64,000 nt of DNA from Balanoglossus misakiensis (lineage: Eukaryota > Animalia > Hemichordata): positions 9,415,483 through 9,479,482 of the forward strand of contig CM082582.2 in NCBI GenBank assembly GCA_040954595.2, in the 5' to 3' direction. The notes below the pieces were generated by a model. The model did not search any database. It was not told where the DNA came from and saw only the letters and a program-made list of their open reading frames with translations. Position numbers and translations under genes: made by a program. Shown in pieces: positions 25,901 through 39,000 of the stretch (positions are counted from its first letter, which is position 1; each line of letters begins with the position of its first letter).

Positions 25901-28900
25901 ACTACTGATTATCATTAAACAGCCCCTCTTTCAACCCCATCTGGTCTCCACGACCAATTCAAAGAAAACGAAAAATCAATTTCACGTAACAATAGCATTG
26001 ACTTGTAGCCAACACAATGGGGGTGCAAAAAAATGCATGGGAAAAACGATTCTTTGAAATGCAAATGGTTTCACAGTCAAGTTTAATTGTCTATGACTTT
26101 TTTTAAAAAGCCGGAAACTGAGTCACCAGCAAAAGTTCCTTAGCATCGAGTGTCATCACCAACATGAGAAACCCCCAAAATCACTGTGTTCGTACCCATC
26201 ATGCTCTACTGACTGCAGACAAACGTTTTCTTTTCGAAGTAGAAAAGGATGGATTTCAAGACATAACAACTTCAAGGTCCTTTTTTTCACTGGAGGCTAT
26301 TGAGTAAACTTGGCAAGCTTTCACATTCCTACCAATCAAAACTGAAATGAAACACTTTCTCTTGATAATTTATGTTCTTTGCGGTTGCTAAGATTCACAA
26401 AAAGTTTACCAAAGTATGATGAGCACAGTAACTTTTTTGTCATCTTCTCCAGACTACATGTGGTTGCTTCAAGCGGACTTCAGAATAACATATTTTCATG
26501 TATGAGTATTTAGAAGTTACTTTGCGTCAGCCCTACACTTTACATGAATATGGAAAATTTTCTTGCATCACCAATGACTTAATTGAGTCACTGGCATGTC
26601 ATATCGGCTTAGTGGCCACAATAGTTACTTGAGAATTGCATCACAAAAGCAGTCGAAAACATGACCAGTTCATTTCTCATTCAATTCTTTTTCACATTCA
26701 GGTGCAATTCCATTCAGTCGGATTTTTATTGCTCTTCTCTAAGCCACTATCAATTTTTACCCTTCATTACCATCTTGGATTATTATCTTGCCTTTCAAAA
26801 GACCACCGTGGGAAAGACTGAAGACAGACAAAAAACAATAGCCGACTTTTTTTCTCTCCCCCCAATCTTAAAAAGAACATAGATTATTGCATTGTGCAAG
26901 AATTGCTCTTGATGTTAATTAGTATGTGCGGTCTTATCTCTTGTATTATTTAAGCTGAATATTCATTCTTTAAAAGAAAAACGATCGCACAATGGACATT
27001 CCTATGGATTAAACCATTGCCAGGCAGGTAGAACAAAACACTGGTTCACCACTTTCGTGTTCGACAATTCAACACTTATGCTGTGCTCATGAATTGCACG
27101 CATCATCAAAACAGGTGTTCACCGGGAGAGGTTATTCCAGGTTTTTGTGCCACTGGTGCTACGGGGTCGGCCTTCCCGAGCTGCTGTTTGTCTAAGCACA
27201 AAACACAGCATTTCAGTTATTTTCTTTATCAAATTTTGATGGGGATTTACATTAATAAATGACAAGGAGGGTCTCAAAGTCTACAGTCACCAATATGATA
27301 TCGCAAAATGGGACACGCGAGGGGAGTACCAGCTGGTACCATCCTAAAACGTTTTTTTTTTTTTTTTTGGTTGGCTATACACATCTATTTTTCGGTATGT
27401 GTCCACTGCCACTCTAGGGGAACATCAATGATTTATTGTGTATTATCTAATGCTTAGCAGCCAGTAAGGAGATCTGTTCAAAATTCAAGGGCCTCTGTAC
27501 ATGACAACAGCATCTATTACCTGACCCCTGTGTGTGCTTTATCTCGAATACAGGCAAACACAACACGTGTAATATGTGCAATATCTGCAGTGGCAAAGTT
27601 TTTTATAGTCCGCAGTGTATCGGGACGACTTTTTTAAAACAAATTGGCAAACAAGAATGAAGCAGTATATTTTTTGAGCGGTTACTCCCCAACAATGAGG
27701 AGCTGTCAGTGAAGCGCCAAGACTTGAACCGCGATTGCTCAGATGTGAAGTGGTGTCGTACAGACAGTAACAAGTGACACACACACACAGAGTCCAGTAG
27801 CTGTAACACAGTAACCTAATATTCAGAGAGAAGAGAATCAGAAACCAAACCACCCCTGCCCGCGCCTGCGTCAAGTGGGCAAACTTTCCCCATTGGTAAA
27901 CACAGAGGTCATACCACTCTTCACCGGAAGATAGGGGGGGGGATGCAACACACGGAATACAAATGACATATTGTGCTTTTATCCGACACCTGATAGGGTC
28001 CTGAACCGTTAATTGACGTTCATTTTTTGCTATCACCACCGATTTGGTCGCCCAGATAACACGGGGGCATAAATATGTGAAATTACTACCAACCTTGAAG
28101 AAAAAAACTGTTGGAGAAAGTCCCCGTGTAATCTGACAAGCGGGCATGTCTACCCACAAAGGAGTTTTTATGATATGTTTTATGAACACTCCACAGGAAG
28201 TGAATAGAGCCAGAACTATGGCAACTGTCGCCACTTATTGAAATAAACAAAATCAGTCCCTGCTTAACACATTAAGTTACATTTTTTCCCTCCAAAGACC
28301 ACGTAAACCAAAGCAAAGCGAGGAATGTTTTGATGTTAATTGCAAACTATCAAAGTTGAAGACATTTTTTTTGCTGTCGCACTCAAATCTGTCCATTTCT
28401 GCAGACCAGAAATCCGACACCGCAAAACGTACAGATTTTGTTTATTCACGTGAAAGAAATTAGCAACTTGTGCGATAAACGCCACATTCTGGGTTTTGAA
28501 TTATCAGTACAGGGGACCATAAAGTACCCCACAGTCAAATCTTAAGTCTCCTTCACACTTTCATCCAGTCCATGGGCAATTAAGTTCAACGAAAAAAAAA
28601 CTTTTTAAAAAAGCCATTTCCTGCTGTTATCGTTATTTCAACAAACGTCTTAGACCAACATTCCCTCACTTCAAGACATTTTTTCCCCTGAAACGATTAC
28701 ACAACTTTGATAAAACCTTCCTCAGTCATTCATACACTACGCCAGCCATTACACACAAAGCCATCTATTTTCCTCAGATTTTCAAAACTTCAGTCACCCC
28801 ACCCAAGTTGTCAAACGGAAGTGTAATTGTTCCACCTTGAGCTTTTCAAACTAAGTATTAAATTATGCCTTCTTATTAAGAAGTGACCTTGCTTATGTCA

Positions 28901-31900
28901 ATTTACTTTATGTTTTTTTCTCCTGCTGTTGGACGTTCTCTCTCACACCCTTCAAGGACTAATCTTGAGTGATCATTTTCCTGTTTTTGCGCGTGTTTTT
29001 GTTCTTACTCTGTCGGCAATTTCTTGAAGGCACGTGATAGTGAATGGGACAGCCACTAAATTTCCATTTCACCCACAACCGCGTGGGCGAACACCAATTT
29101 TTCATCTTGCCCCCTGATTCACCGGTAAGGCACCCAAGAATGACAAATACTCATTTCTTTGAACTCTTTTTTTCAAAGAAAAAAACTATTATTTCAAAAA
29201 CTTTAAATATATTTACTATTATTGCCAGACTTTCACTTTTAGATTAACTTATAAATAAATCAGTGACGTCCTTCCAAACCTCAAGACACTGGAACTGGTA
29301 TTTTTAAGAACAAAACTTTTCGCATTTTACTACATCTTCCCATCTCTCATAAAAATCAGAATCTGCTCGACCAGAATGAATCACTCGCTTTTTAAGTGCA
29401 TGATATTCATACTTGGGGAAGAAAACTGCCTTTTAAAATGTTCAGTCAAAGAAAATGACGCTGGATTAAGTCATTACTTGAAGCCATAAAATCTCAATAC
29501 ATACACTTCCTTTCTTGTTGTTTATGTTTACGTGCCCCTAAACAGTTTCCCCTGTTTCCGTCCTGGCCGCCAATTTAACGCAAAGAGTGGATGTTATATG
29601 GCATTGTATGAAACATGATTTCAGGACAAACATCCAGATTATACACCCCCACATCATCGCAGCTACTGAAAATTCTTGACCAGTAGCCTATACCAATAAA
29701 AATTTTCGGGCCCAATCTTTGTTTTATGAGCACTTTTTTTTTGACAGGACAGCTGCAGCTAGCTCCCTGGGCATTAAAAATGTCACCCCAAATTCAGTCT
29801 ACTACCATTCCTGGTATATATGGGGAATTTGCAACAAACTACTGACTTTCGCAAGGCATAACTGTCCTTTATCAATTATGGCTGCATGGCTATCCTAAGG
29901 AAAAGCGTGGCACCGTTGTAGGGACGTGTTGTCAATTACGACATACTGAGGGGAATGGCACCGGCGAAAATGCAACATGTCCACCCCAAAAGGTCAGCCG
30001 GCTAAATATTCCCCAACATGAAAAAATAATAACAGCAGCATTCCAGCGGCCTGGTCCTTGTCTGATTCCAGCCTTTGATTATTTTTCATAACCTGTCATC
30101 TTTTGCCAGCACTAAGCAAACCACGAGTTCCACAGCCATCTCTGATTCCTATCTAAATCTTCAGATGACTTCGCGAGATGACGATAATTTTTTTGTCTGT
30201 CGGCTCTCTCTCTCCACTCGCGCACACGGGGCCTTATTGTAAAAACAGCTTTTCATATTTATAGCCACATGGCCAAGGCGTATTGAGTTACAGCCAGAAA
30301 GCAGGGCTCAGCGCAGGCAGCCGGGGACCACACACGTCAGTTGTCAAATGATTTTCATGTTGCCAAACGCGGACTGCCCGAGCTGAAGTCTTCAGGGGTA
30401 AAGGATCAGGCAAACAGTCAATATACTTTCATAACCAAATGGAGAGATACCACCCAAAATATCTCGTTTGTCATCATTTTTTTTTAACAAACGATTGTCG
30501 TCCCTCCTTGGCCGTTGTTAATGATCACGTACTACTGCTTCTATGGGAACTAATAAGGGGTGAAGTAAAAAAAATCGGCCAGTGATATTAAGGACCTTCT
30601 CGCATACTGTATTAAATCTGCAGTCAAAATGTCATATCTGTGTATAACCCCCTTTTAAACTGACTGGCGATATTTCCGAGCAGGTTTAAGGCCAGGGCGG
30701 TTTAGAAGCAAGGAGGCAAAAAAGATAGCCCACTTCTTAAAGACACCCGATAGTTGCCAGAAGTTATTCATAGTGTTATGTAACAGCTTGTATTGTGATG
30801 GCTACACCAACTGAACAACAAGTTGATTATTAGCAGCTCCCCTCAACCATGTGATTTGAGAGCCCCGAGAGTTGAAAGGGGGCAGCCAGGATGACACTCC
30901 CGCCTGCCCCTCCCATCTCTCAGCCCGGCTATTTGAAAACAAATGACAGCTCCGAGAAACAGTGATGGAATGTACGCCTATAAACTACAGTGTCAAACAA
31001 ATGCATTAATTAGGCCCCGATGACAACCATCATGCCCACACCGAAAATTTTAAGTATATAAACAAATTTCTGACCCCCAGAAAGCGGCAGCTACGAAACA
31101 CAGCAGCTTTTTCATTTGGTGTAACTCGTACATTGATTCAAACAGCTCGGATTACCAAACATACAGGAAATGATAGACGGGATAGATTAGTTCAAGCAAC
31201 GCAAATACATTTTTGTCCCCGACACACACACAACGGCAGGCCCGGGGCCTTCAAACCAGCCACCTTAATAAAAATTCCCCTCCTCACCTGTCCCCCACAC
31301 TGCATATCAGTATGTAGTTAGCGTTAATTTCCACCGTGATTCAGACACACTACTCCTTTCCCCACTGATTGTTTGCCTCCAATTTACAGACATTGATTTG
31401 TCAGGGGACAGATATGAAATATGTAAAAGCAAATTTAATAAGATTACGGTAGAGAATGCTACGATTCCTGCACACGGAAAAATTATGGCCATCAAATCTC
31501 GGCGGAACCGTCGTATGTTTACAAATTTGCCATTAAAATACTCGGGCAAGTCTCCAGGCAAATGTAACCAGTCTTTTTTTTTGTCCTGCTCTCTGCTTCA
31601 GAAGGAAACTCTCCGGAGCACACAACTCCATCAACGACAACGTCAGAGTCAATTTAGCCGCCGTTCAAACAGACCTCGAATTAGTGGGCCAGCGCTAATC
31701 TGTGATGATTTTCATTTAGCCCGTCTCAAAGCGCAGAAATCGCATATTAAATTGCCGTCCACATTAACAGCATGAGCACTCGGATCAAACACTGGGGGCA
31801 CGATGAAAATGTCAAAAATTCCGCGCCCTCTGACCCAAATTTGATATTATAACAGTAATCTCCTTTGAACGATTAATCAAGGTATTCTATACATGTTCGG

Positions 31901-34900
31901 AGCACAGCTGCAGAAAATGCTATGAATGAATTCTATTCTGTGTTGCTCTTTACACTTGTCACATAGGCCCCCCTATTCTCACTCTTTACTTTTCATACAC
32001 ACATGCACACACACATTCACAGAGTGATGGAATGTATGTAGAAACACATTTTACATAAATCCACTCTCCCTATTGTCCCAAAGACTTCATATTGACACTT
32101 TTTGTTTGTTCACCCGAATCCACTTTCTCCTCTGTACTTTCTCCTCAAGATTTTCTATAGCAGTGCCATGCCCCGATTGAAAATTCCACGCATACAAAAA
32201 AAATGGCATTCTTTCATGAAAATGAAAACTGCTTCAACACCCCGACTGACAAACAATACCCACTTGAAGTGGTGGGACACATATCAATTTTTTATCTTGC
32301 CTAATCTGGGCCCTATTCACAAAACAGCAACCGACCGTGTTTACCTTCTTTTGGCATCTTTCAAAGGGGGTTTTATTAACTCTTATTAATGCCCCCCTGT
32401 TGACAAATGAGCCGCCATATTTTGCATATTCCTTTTATGCCCATTTTCTTTGGACGCTTCTGCATACGCATCAAATGAGTAACGACTTGGCGGCAACAAA
32501 AGAAATTTCCTTCTTATTGCCCTTGGAAGGAAGAAAATCTCTGGGCGTGTCATTATGTGTTCTTTTATATTCATGTCCATTCATTAAAAATGCCATCCAT
32601 CCACAAACGCATGTGACAAATGGTGAAAGTGCATTAATTATGTTTTTGAAAAGAGGGGGCCGACAAAAGCAAAGGCTACTTGCTGGTCAGACAAGCGTGA
32701 TTATGCAGAACCACACTCAGCCTTCAGATCAGTGGGCCTATTTATATGCTTTTATTTTTCAAACTTATGCAACAAGCTCAAGATGTTTGACGCAACAACG
32801 GGCGAGAGGTGACAAAACAAAACTTGGCTCAGGCGAGGAGAGGGAGGGGGAAAAGACTCGAGACAACAAGAGACAAGCAGAAGAATTTGAGTCAACAAAC
32901 CTGAACTTTGGCATGGATGAAGATTAACTGTCAACAAAACATAACTAAACTCAACCGAGAACCAGTGGAGTAAAATCACAACAAAACCACATGGTTCCAT
33001 CGCTTTTTTTTTTCAAATTCAAACATGCTACCTGTTTCCAACAAAAGACGGGAAAAAAAGAACAAACTCCCAAAAAGGCTGATTAAAAACGACCTTGTCA
33101 ACACAATAACAGCAATGACAGATGAGCATTCACTTTTTTTTCTGAAGTCCCCCCCACACACAAGAGTGACTGTCCACCAACTGGATGACTAGAAATTAGA
33201 TGCAGTCCGTCCATAATGAAAACTGCGTCTGATATCCCCATGCTTGGTTGGACAGGGAGCTCCAATGACCTTTACTCCCACGTGTAAGACTGGAAGCAAG
33301 CTGTGGCCGACACCTTATTAGCATAGCCCTAGAACCACAACCTGGCCTACCTGTAAAGGGGGAGGGGGTACGTAAAACACAGCCATACTACCAAGTTTTT
33401 AAAAAGTACTACAAAACAAACAAAGAATTTTCCATCAGAATGAGACATCATCATCAACATAGAAATATGACAGTTTACACGTGCACTAAGCTAGCTCCCA
33501 CCAGAGACGAGCTCCGGTATCTATTTACCCAACCCCTTGTAACTATTGGGTAAATTATTGTTTATGATAAATATTAAACTATGTATGTCCATAAAGCGGG
33601 TTCGAGATAACTGATTAAAACGCTGGCTACAATCACTGCACATATTTATCATTGACAAGCCAGGTGATAATGCGTATGTCTTAATCATTGAGTTAATTTG
33701 GTGATGCGAAAATGCGATCACGGTGGTGCTACCCGGGGCAGTGTCTTTGGTCAAATATTCATATCATACACAACTGTGCAATCTTTCTCGATTGGGGTTG
33801 TTGTCAGTGACGGGCCTGCGAGTCTTTTCCTCACGTTCTTTTTTTATATTCCCTTTTGAAGAAATATGTCATTCTTTGAACAGCTGACAGTAGTTTATCA
33901 CGGGGGTCTTATGAGAAAACTTGCCCCTGTGACGTGCTGGGAGCAGTTTTATTGCCGCGAAGATTATGAACAAAATATGAAAAATGTCCCCGGCAGATTT
34001 TTATTCCTTGAGTGGCCGGAAATAATACAGCGGGCATGTCATTTATGGCGCATACTAATGCACTAGGAGAAAGATTTATAGGCAAGTGAAATGCTTTCAC
34101 ATACAAGAATTTTCCTCGTTTCCCCCATAAACCAAGGTCCCCTTTTCACAACAGATAAATATGCCAACATGAAAAAAAAAACTTTCCTTGAAAACTAGCC
34201 ACAGACCGCATCAGAGAGCAGCTGTCATACACATAAAGAAGAGTTCTGATTTTTTTTCTGGCGACAGTCAAGACGCGACCTCTTTTTGCTTTGATACGCT
34301 ACTGTCGTCATGAAAGGCGGTATGGGTCACTGTTACTTCTGAAAAACGGGCTACTGTGACTCAAAGATAGTTTCCAATTTCAACCGTTCACTTTTTGAAG
34401 ATGTTTTCCTTTCACCTAAGTAAAATCAACCTGACAGAAAAGTATGGGCATAAACTTAAGCTCGAATTAATGCTGTTGCCAACGCGAAGAATTGTTACCG
34501 AATAATTAGACTGTAATTATTTGTAACTTTGAAAAGCGTTATCTCCATATGAAAAGCGAGCTTCATTAAGAGTAATCTACATACGAATTCGTCTCTAAAA
34601 ATGAATATGAATACGCTGTGAATAATTAAATATCGCACTAATTAACGCATACATGTCAAAACATGGTGGAATTTTTGTTGCCCGTAATCGGCTAAGTTGA
34701 AGGAATGGTACCGTTTCAGGCCAAGCGGAACGGGATCGAATGGCCCCCGAGTGCAAACATTTCGCCTTTCAACTACAAAGACCGTCTGAGTAAAATGTAA
34801 AATATGAAATTCAATACGCCCCGAAAGTGAGAGCCTGTATTCATATTTCGCCTTGCTGGTAAAGCACGACTTCAACAGCTGAAATCGACAAGATGGCCGC

Positions 34901-35096
34901 TTTGCTACTCTGTCTCTAATCACCCCGACAACGTGCTGTACACAGTTTCACAGGGGGAAACTAGTGGAAAAGTTTTGAAAGTGAAATCTGGCCACTTTCT
35001 GAAAGAGTTATTGAGGCAGTTATGGTCTTTCACAAAAGACGCTACTGTTAAGAGTCACCCGCACTACGCACGCAACGCGTCACACGCACACACGGG

Positions 35097-35119
35097 CGCG
35101 TTCGCGTTCGCGTTCGCGT
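35097..35119. repeat. (CGCGTT)n short tandem repeat in the CpG-rich start of intron 1
   Basis: cgcgttcgcgttcgcgttcgcgt, about 4 units. Confidence 0.8.
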
Positions 35120-35645
35120 CAACACTCTGAAACTTCCCACACCGCTCTCCGTCCGCATTCCGTAACACTAGTCCAAGTTCTCGGGCGTCATAAAGTTGCG
35201 AAGACGCCGGCAATAAGTCGTGGTTTACGGAATCCGGGAGTTGGGGACGTGGAAATCGACAAACGGCCCCGTTAGAAAGTAGAAACTCGAGACGTAACAA
35301 CATAAACAATTGTTGCAAAGTGGAGCGCGCGCGCCGACTGAAATTGACATGAGCCACATCCAAGGAATTTCACAACTTCCAACAGTTGTCATTAGAGAAA
35401 GTGTCACGGTGGCAAACGTCGCTTCCTGCCGTCTCATCAATACTGGCTGTCAATCCGGGTCCCCACTGCCCACCACGTCTCGGCGAATCCCAGTCAGAAA
35501 ATAAAGCTCGCAGCCGAATTTGTATAAACATTTTATCAGATGTCAAAATACCGATAGGTAGAACTACAGAAGCCCCGGCGTAAGAAAGGCCACCGGTTAC
35601 GAAGTCTCAACGCCAAGAAAACGTGCCCCTGCGCTTAGTACTCAC

Positions 35646-35718
35646 CATTTTCCAGCAATGTGGATGTGTCTTGGTCGCTCCCTAGGTGCTGCGGTTTGGC
35701 CTGCTTTCGGCGCGACAT
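35646..35718 (-). CDS. Sall: First coding exon of a spalt-like (Sal/SALL) zinc-finger transcription factor; NuRD-binding N-terminal motif
   Basis: Minus strand ccagccATG (good Kozak context) encodes MSRRKQAKPQHLGSDQDTSTLLEN, matching SALL N-termini (SALL3 MSRRKQAKPQHLKSD, SALL1 MSRRKQAKPQHFQSD). It fits less well to BCL11 (MSRRKQGKP/GNP), FOG (MSRRKQSNP) or ZNF423/521 (MSRRKQAKPRS). 73 coding nt are followed by a consensus donor AATG|GTGAGT in phase 1, as in vertebrate SALL exon 1. Confidence 0.93.
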
Positions 35719-35751
35719 GGCTGGAAACAACAGCAGCGGGGAAATGATTAG
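35719..35751 (-). other. 3' splice-acceptor-like sequence ending 2 nt before the Sall ATG
   Basis: Minus strand ttCTAATcatttccccgctgctgttgtttcCAG|ccATG: branch-like CTAAT about 27 nt upstream, pyrimidine tract, CAG. Confidence 0.5.
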
Positions 35752-35974
35752 AAATTCGTCGAGTTTGGCAAAATTACGGAAATTAACAAGCGTGGCCCCC
35801 AGTGCGCATGACACACATTTATGATTTATCAATAATGCATTGCGTTATGTTTCCAGTGGGCTGCCGTGATTGGCCACACAGCTCATTACTAACACAACTT
35901 TCATAATAAAATTTAGACGCGAAACAGAAAAGCATCGCGGCCCTCGGTCCATTATGAAATTCGCGAAGAAGCCT

Positions 35975-36010
35975 GACAGTGGGCCTAATTTAATTTGGCG
36001 TATTTTTATA
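35975..36010 (-). promoter_or_regulatory. Candidate proximal core promoter of Sall (TATA plus Inr-like site)
   Basis: Minus-strand TATAAAAA at 36010-36003 with an imperfect initiator ccA(35980)ctgt 30 nt downstream, about 260 nt upstream of the ATG. Motif-only evidence. Confidence 0.3.
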
Positions 36011-39000
36011 ACTACTGACAACTTTGGTGACCTGTATTTCTGAATGGCGCGAGTGTCACACACGACGGGATAAGCGTTTCGCTGCACTTTGACGTTTATA
36101 CGTTTGCATAGCGGTACCCAGTGATTTCATTTAGCTTTGGAGTTTACCATTAACTGGCCAAACTTTAATCATAAAGCGAGATATGTTTCTTTGCCTTAGA
36201 TCAACACAGACTGATTAAAAAGCACACTCCGTCTATTCCAAAGCGGCCCGGCGCCCGCGTGAGTGCGCGATGTTCAAAAAATCCTGCACAGTTGAAAACG
36301 CAATAAAGTGAAAGGTAAACACTAGAAGCATGGTCTGCTTGCACTGTTTTGCGTCTCTCGCAGTTTACTGGGAGGGATTTCCCTCCCAAACCCGATAGAA
36401 ATCTCGGCAGACGTCTGTTATCCGTCTCCCTCTATTTCTAAAGTCGGAAACCGGCAACAATTGATCACAAAACGCTCGAGAAGGTCAGAGCCCCCGTTTC
36501 CTTTTGAAGCATTCGTAAAGTAATACATATTCATTCGGGGGAGACCGTATTTACGGAGGAGATCGACCGTCCATGAAACGCCAACAGTGAAGTCACCATC
36601 TTCGCATATTATTTAGTTTTTTTTTAAACACTCGAAAATAATGATCATCCGCGAAACTCGACGCGCGCGTTCAGAAACAATTTCGGGATGGAAAGACAAA
36701 AAAAAGTGGAAAACGTACCTCCCTTCGAATCGATGACGGGCACTAAAGTCATCAGACTACGAGAACGCGATTTCTTGTTGGTTATATGTACGTTTGGTTG
36801 TAAACCAGCAGCTGCCGTGGTTCCCAAAACATCAGCTGATCGTCAACACGAACAATTGTGCGTGCCAGCGTTTCATATAATATGAGCAATTGCTGGTTTG
36901 CAACCGTTCCTTGATTATGTCTACGCCGGCGTTATCCCCTCCCACCCGACTCGTGATCGACGTCCCCCACGATGTGCCGATTGGGAATTAACACTCGTTA
37001 GCTGTTATTATGGAAAATTAATAAGTCGGCCGGAGTGGTTATGCCTCCGATAAATGCGAGTGGTGGACGCGAAATGACTTTCATTATAACAAAGGAAAAC
37101 AAAGGGAGTCCTCTCTCTGCTCCCCAGTCACCTGTATCCGATTATTCGCATCGTTTATAGCACATGACACTGTGAACGGCGCTAAGACACTGGGCGTGAA
37201 TATGCACGCGGCTCAGATAAAAATAGAGAAAGCGTGGTGAATGCGATGGAGGAATTCACCTGATGATGTAGACCCGAGCGATGCCATGATAAGCTGTCGT
37301 GGAGGATGGTAGCAGATACGCCTCCCTGGTTACCCCCCTTCCGACAAAAATGCTCACAACTTTAACATTTATCTATCAATGTTCAATTGGCGAAGAAGAG
37401 AGGGAGAGAGAAAACACGGCGTGGTATGCGTGCATACCTGTTTGTCATGGAGCTGTCACTACGTTACATTACATTACATGAAAGACGTCATCCCGACTCA
37501 TCGAAATGTGGGAATCTTAACTTTCCCTTTAATAAGCCAATCGACACCCGAAAAGAAATGCGATTTTAAAATGTAAGAATCAACGAAAATTGTTAGTTTC
37601 CAATATATTTTTATATATAAGCTTTTCTTTAAAAATTAGGTAAATTTATTTTCACACTCAATCGACGATATCGTTAAGTGTGAAGTGTCATTGCTGGGTG
37701 TCAACAGCCAATCTGCATCAGATGTCGAAAGTCGGTGGTCCTCTATTTTTTGGCGGGAAAAACGAACCCTCAGACGTGTAGACATGAATGAAGGGGAGTG
37801 ATTGTGTAGCTTCCCGCCAAGAAGCCGAAGCAGTGTTCGCAAACAATGCGAAAATCCCCCTTTTCATTCGTCTTTTTTGATCGCCGCGAAAGAGAGCTGC
37901 TACGCACCGCCGTGTACGTTTCCGATACCATGTGTAAATTTCGCGCCATTCAAAGACGCAGAAAGAGGGTAAAATGTAGCGAACGGCGAGGAATATGTCA
38001 GCAGCGCGCGCGCGACACGCGCCATCCAATACGGCGCAGTTAGTTTAATACCTCCCACGGTGTTGCCGTTCGACGCATCAATCAAGTTAGACGGACACGT
38101 TTCGGTTTCAGAATGGTTAAAAACGTTTTGATTTCCTTTTCCACATTTCTTCCTGTTCTTTGATATGATACGTCAAGGTGGAGAAAAGTGAGAAAACAAC
38201 CCATTTGTCAAGACACAACCTTGCCATCAATAAAAATTTTCCTGTCATTTTCAGAGCGCTCGTCTCCCTTCTTTTCTTTTCTCTTAGACCAGTACTAGTA
38301 TGCCGAGGCAGGTGCCCAGACGCACGGTCATTGAATCAGCACGCTATTTCATCCAGTTTTTCATTCGGTAAAATAAAAGAGAAAAAGAACTCGCGAAATG
38401 TCACTCTTGCGGAAAGATAATGCGAAATCTCACAAGCTAGCAGGTGGATTTTTTTTCATTCAAATAAAATAAGTATAAAGATGAAACGGTGAGACGAAAA
38501 GAGCCCGAGGATGAGAGAGCATCGCGTCTCATCCCAGCGTTATTTCATCCACTGGCTGACCCGAGTGCCCCCGCGTTTTGTTCACAATTATAATCATCCA
38601 CATTTCTATTGTCTGATCAATGTAAAATTACTTTTAATCTCGTTATAATCCGACGGAGATATACTTCTAGCTCTGAGCCAGAAATAGAAGAAGGGACGGG
38701 AAAATGGAATCGAGACAGGGCGCTTTCAGAAACGGGAGAGGCATATTCATTTGAAAATAGATCCAATTTCAGTTGAATATCGACCTCGCCATGCCGTGTC
38801 GCATGTCCTGAATCGCCTTATTGCGATGAATTTCAAATTCGACCTTATTATCATCTAGCCTGCGCGAACGTTTCCTCTAGTCAACTCAAGACAAAAAACC
38901 GACCAAATTAACCAATTTTTCTTCCATTCAGCAATCCGCTCATGGATTTTTTTGTGTGTTCGGTCAAAATCTTTTTTATTTCTTCCGTGATGACGTAGAT

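Noticed and set aside
27700-27770. GGTTCAAGTC B-box-like word (tRNA/SINE)
   Set aside because: No A-box or cloverleaf.
27539-28234. Longest ORF (231 aa, minus strand)
   Set aside because: No recognisable domain, Cys/Val/Leu-rich composition typical of translated non-coding DNA, non-ATG start, and it crosses a microsatellite and a homopolymer.
32337-32927. 196-aa plus-strand ORF
   Set aside because: No motif or homology recognised; antisense within the Sall intron.
35719-35832. N-terminal extension of the ORF-track call 35635..35832 (MINHK...)
   Set aside because: It starts at TTG, and the MSRRKQ motif is N-terminal in this family; the real start is taken as 35718.
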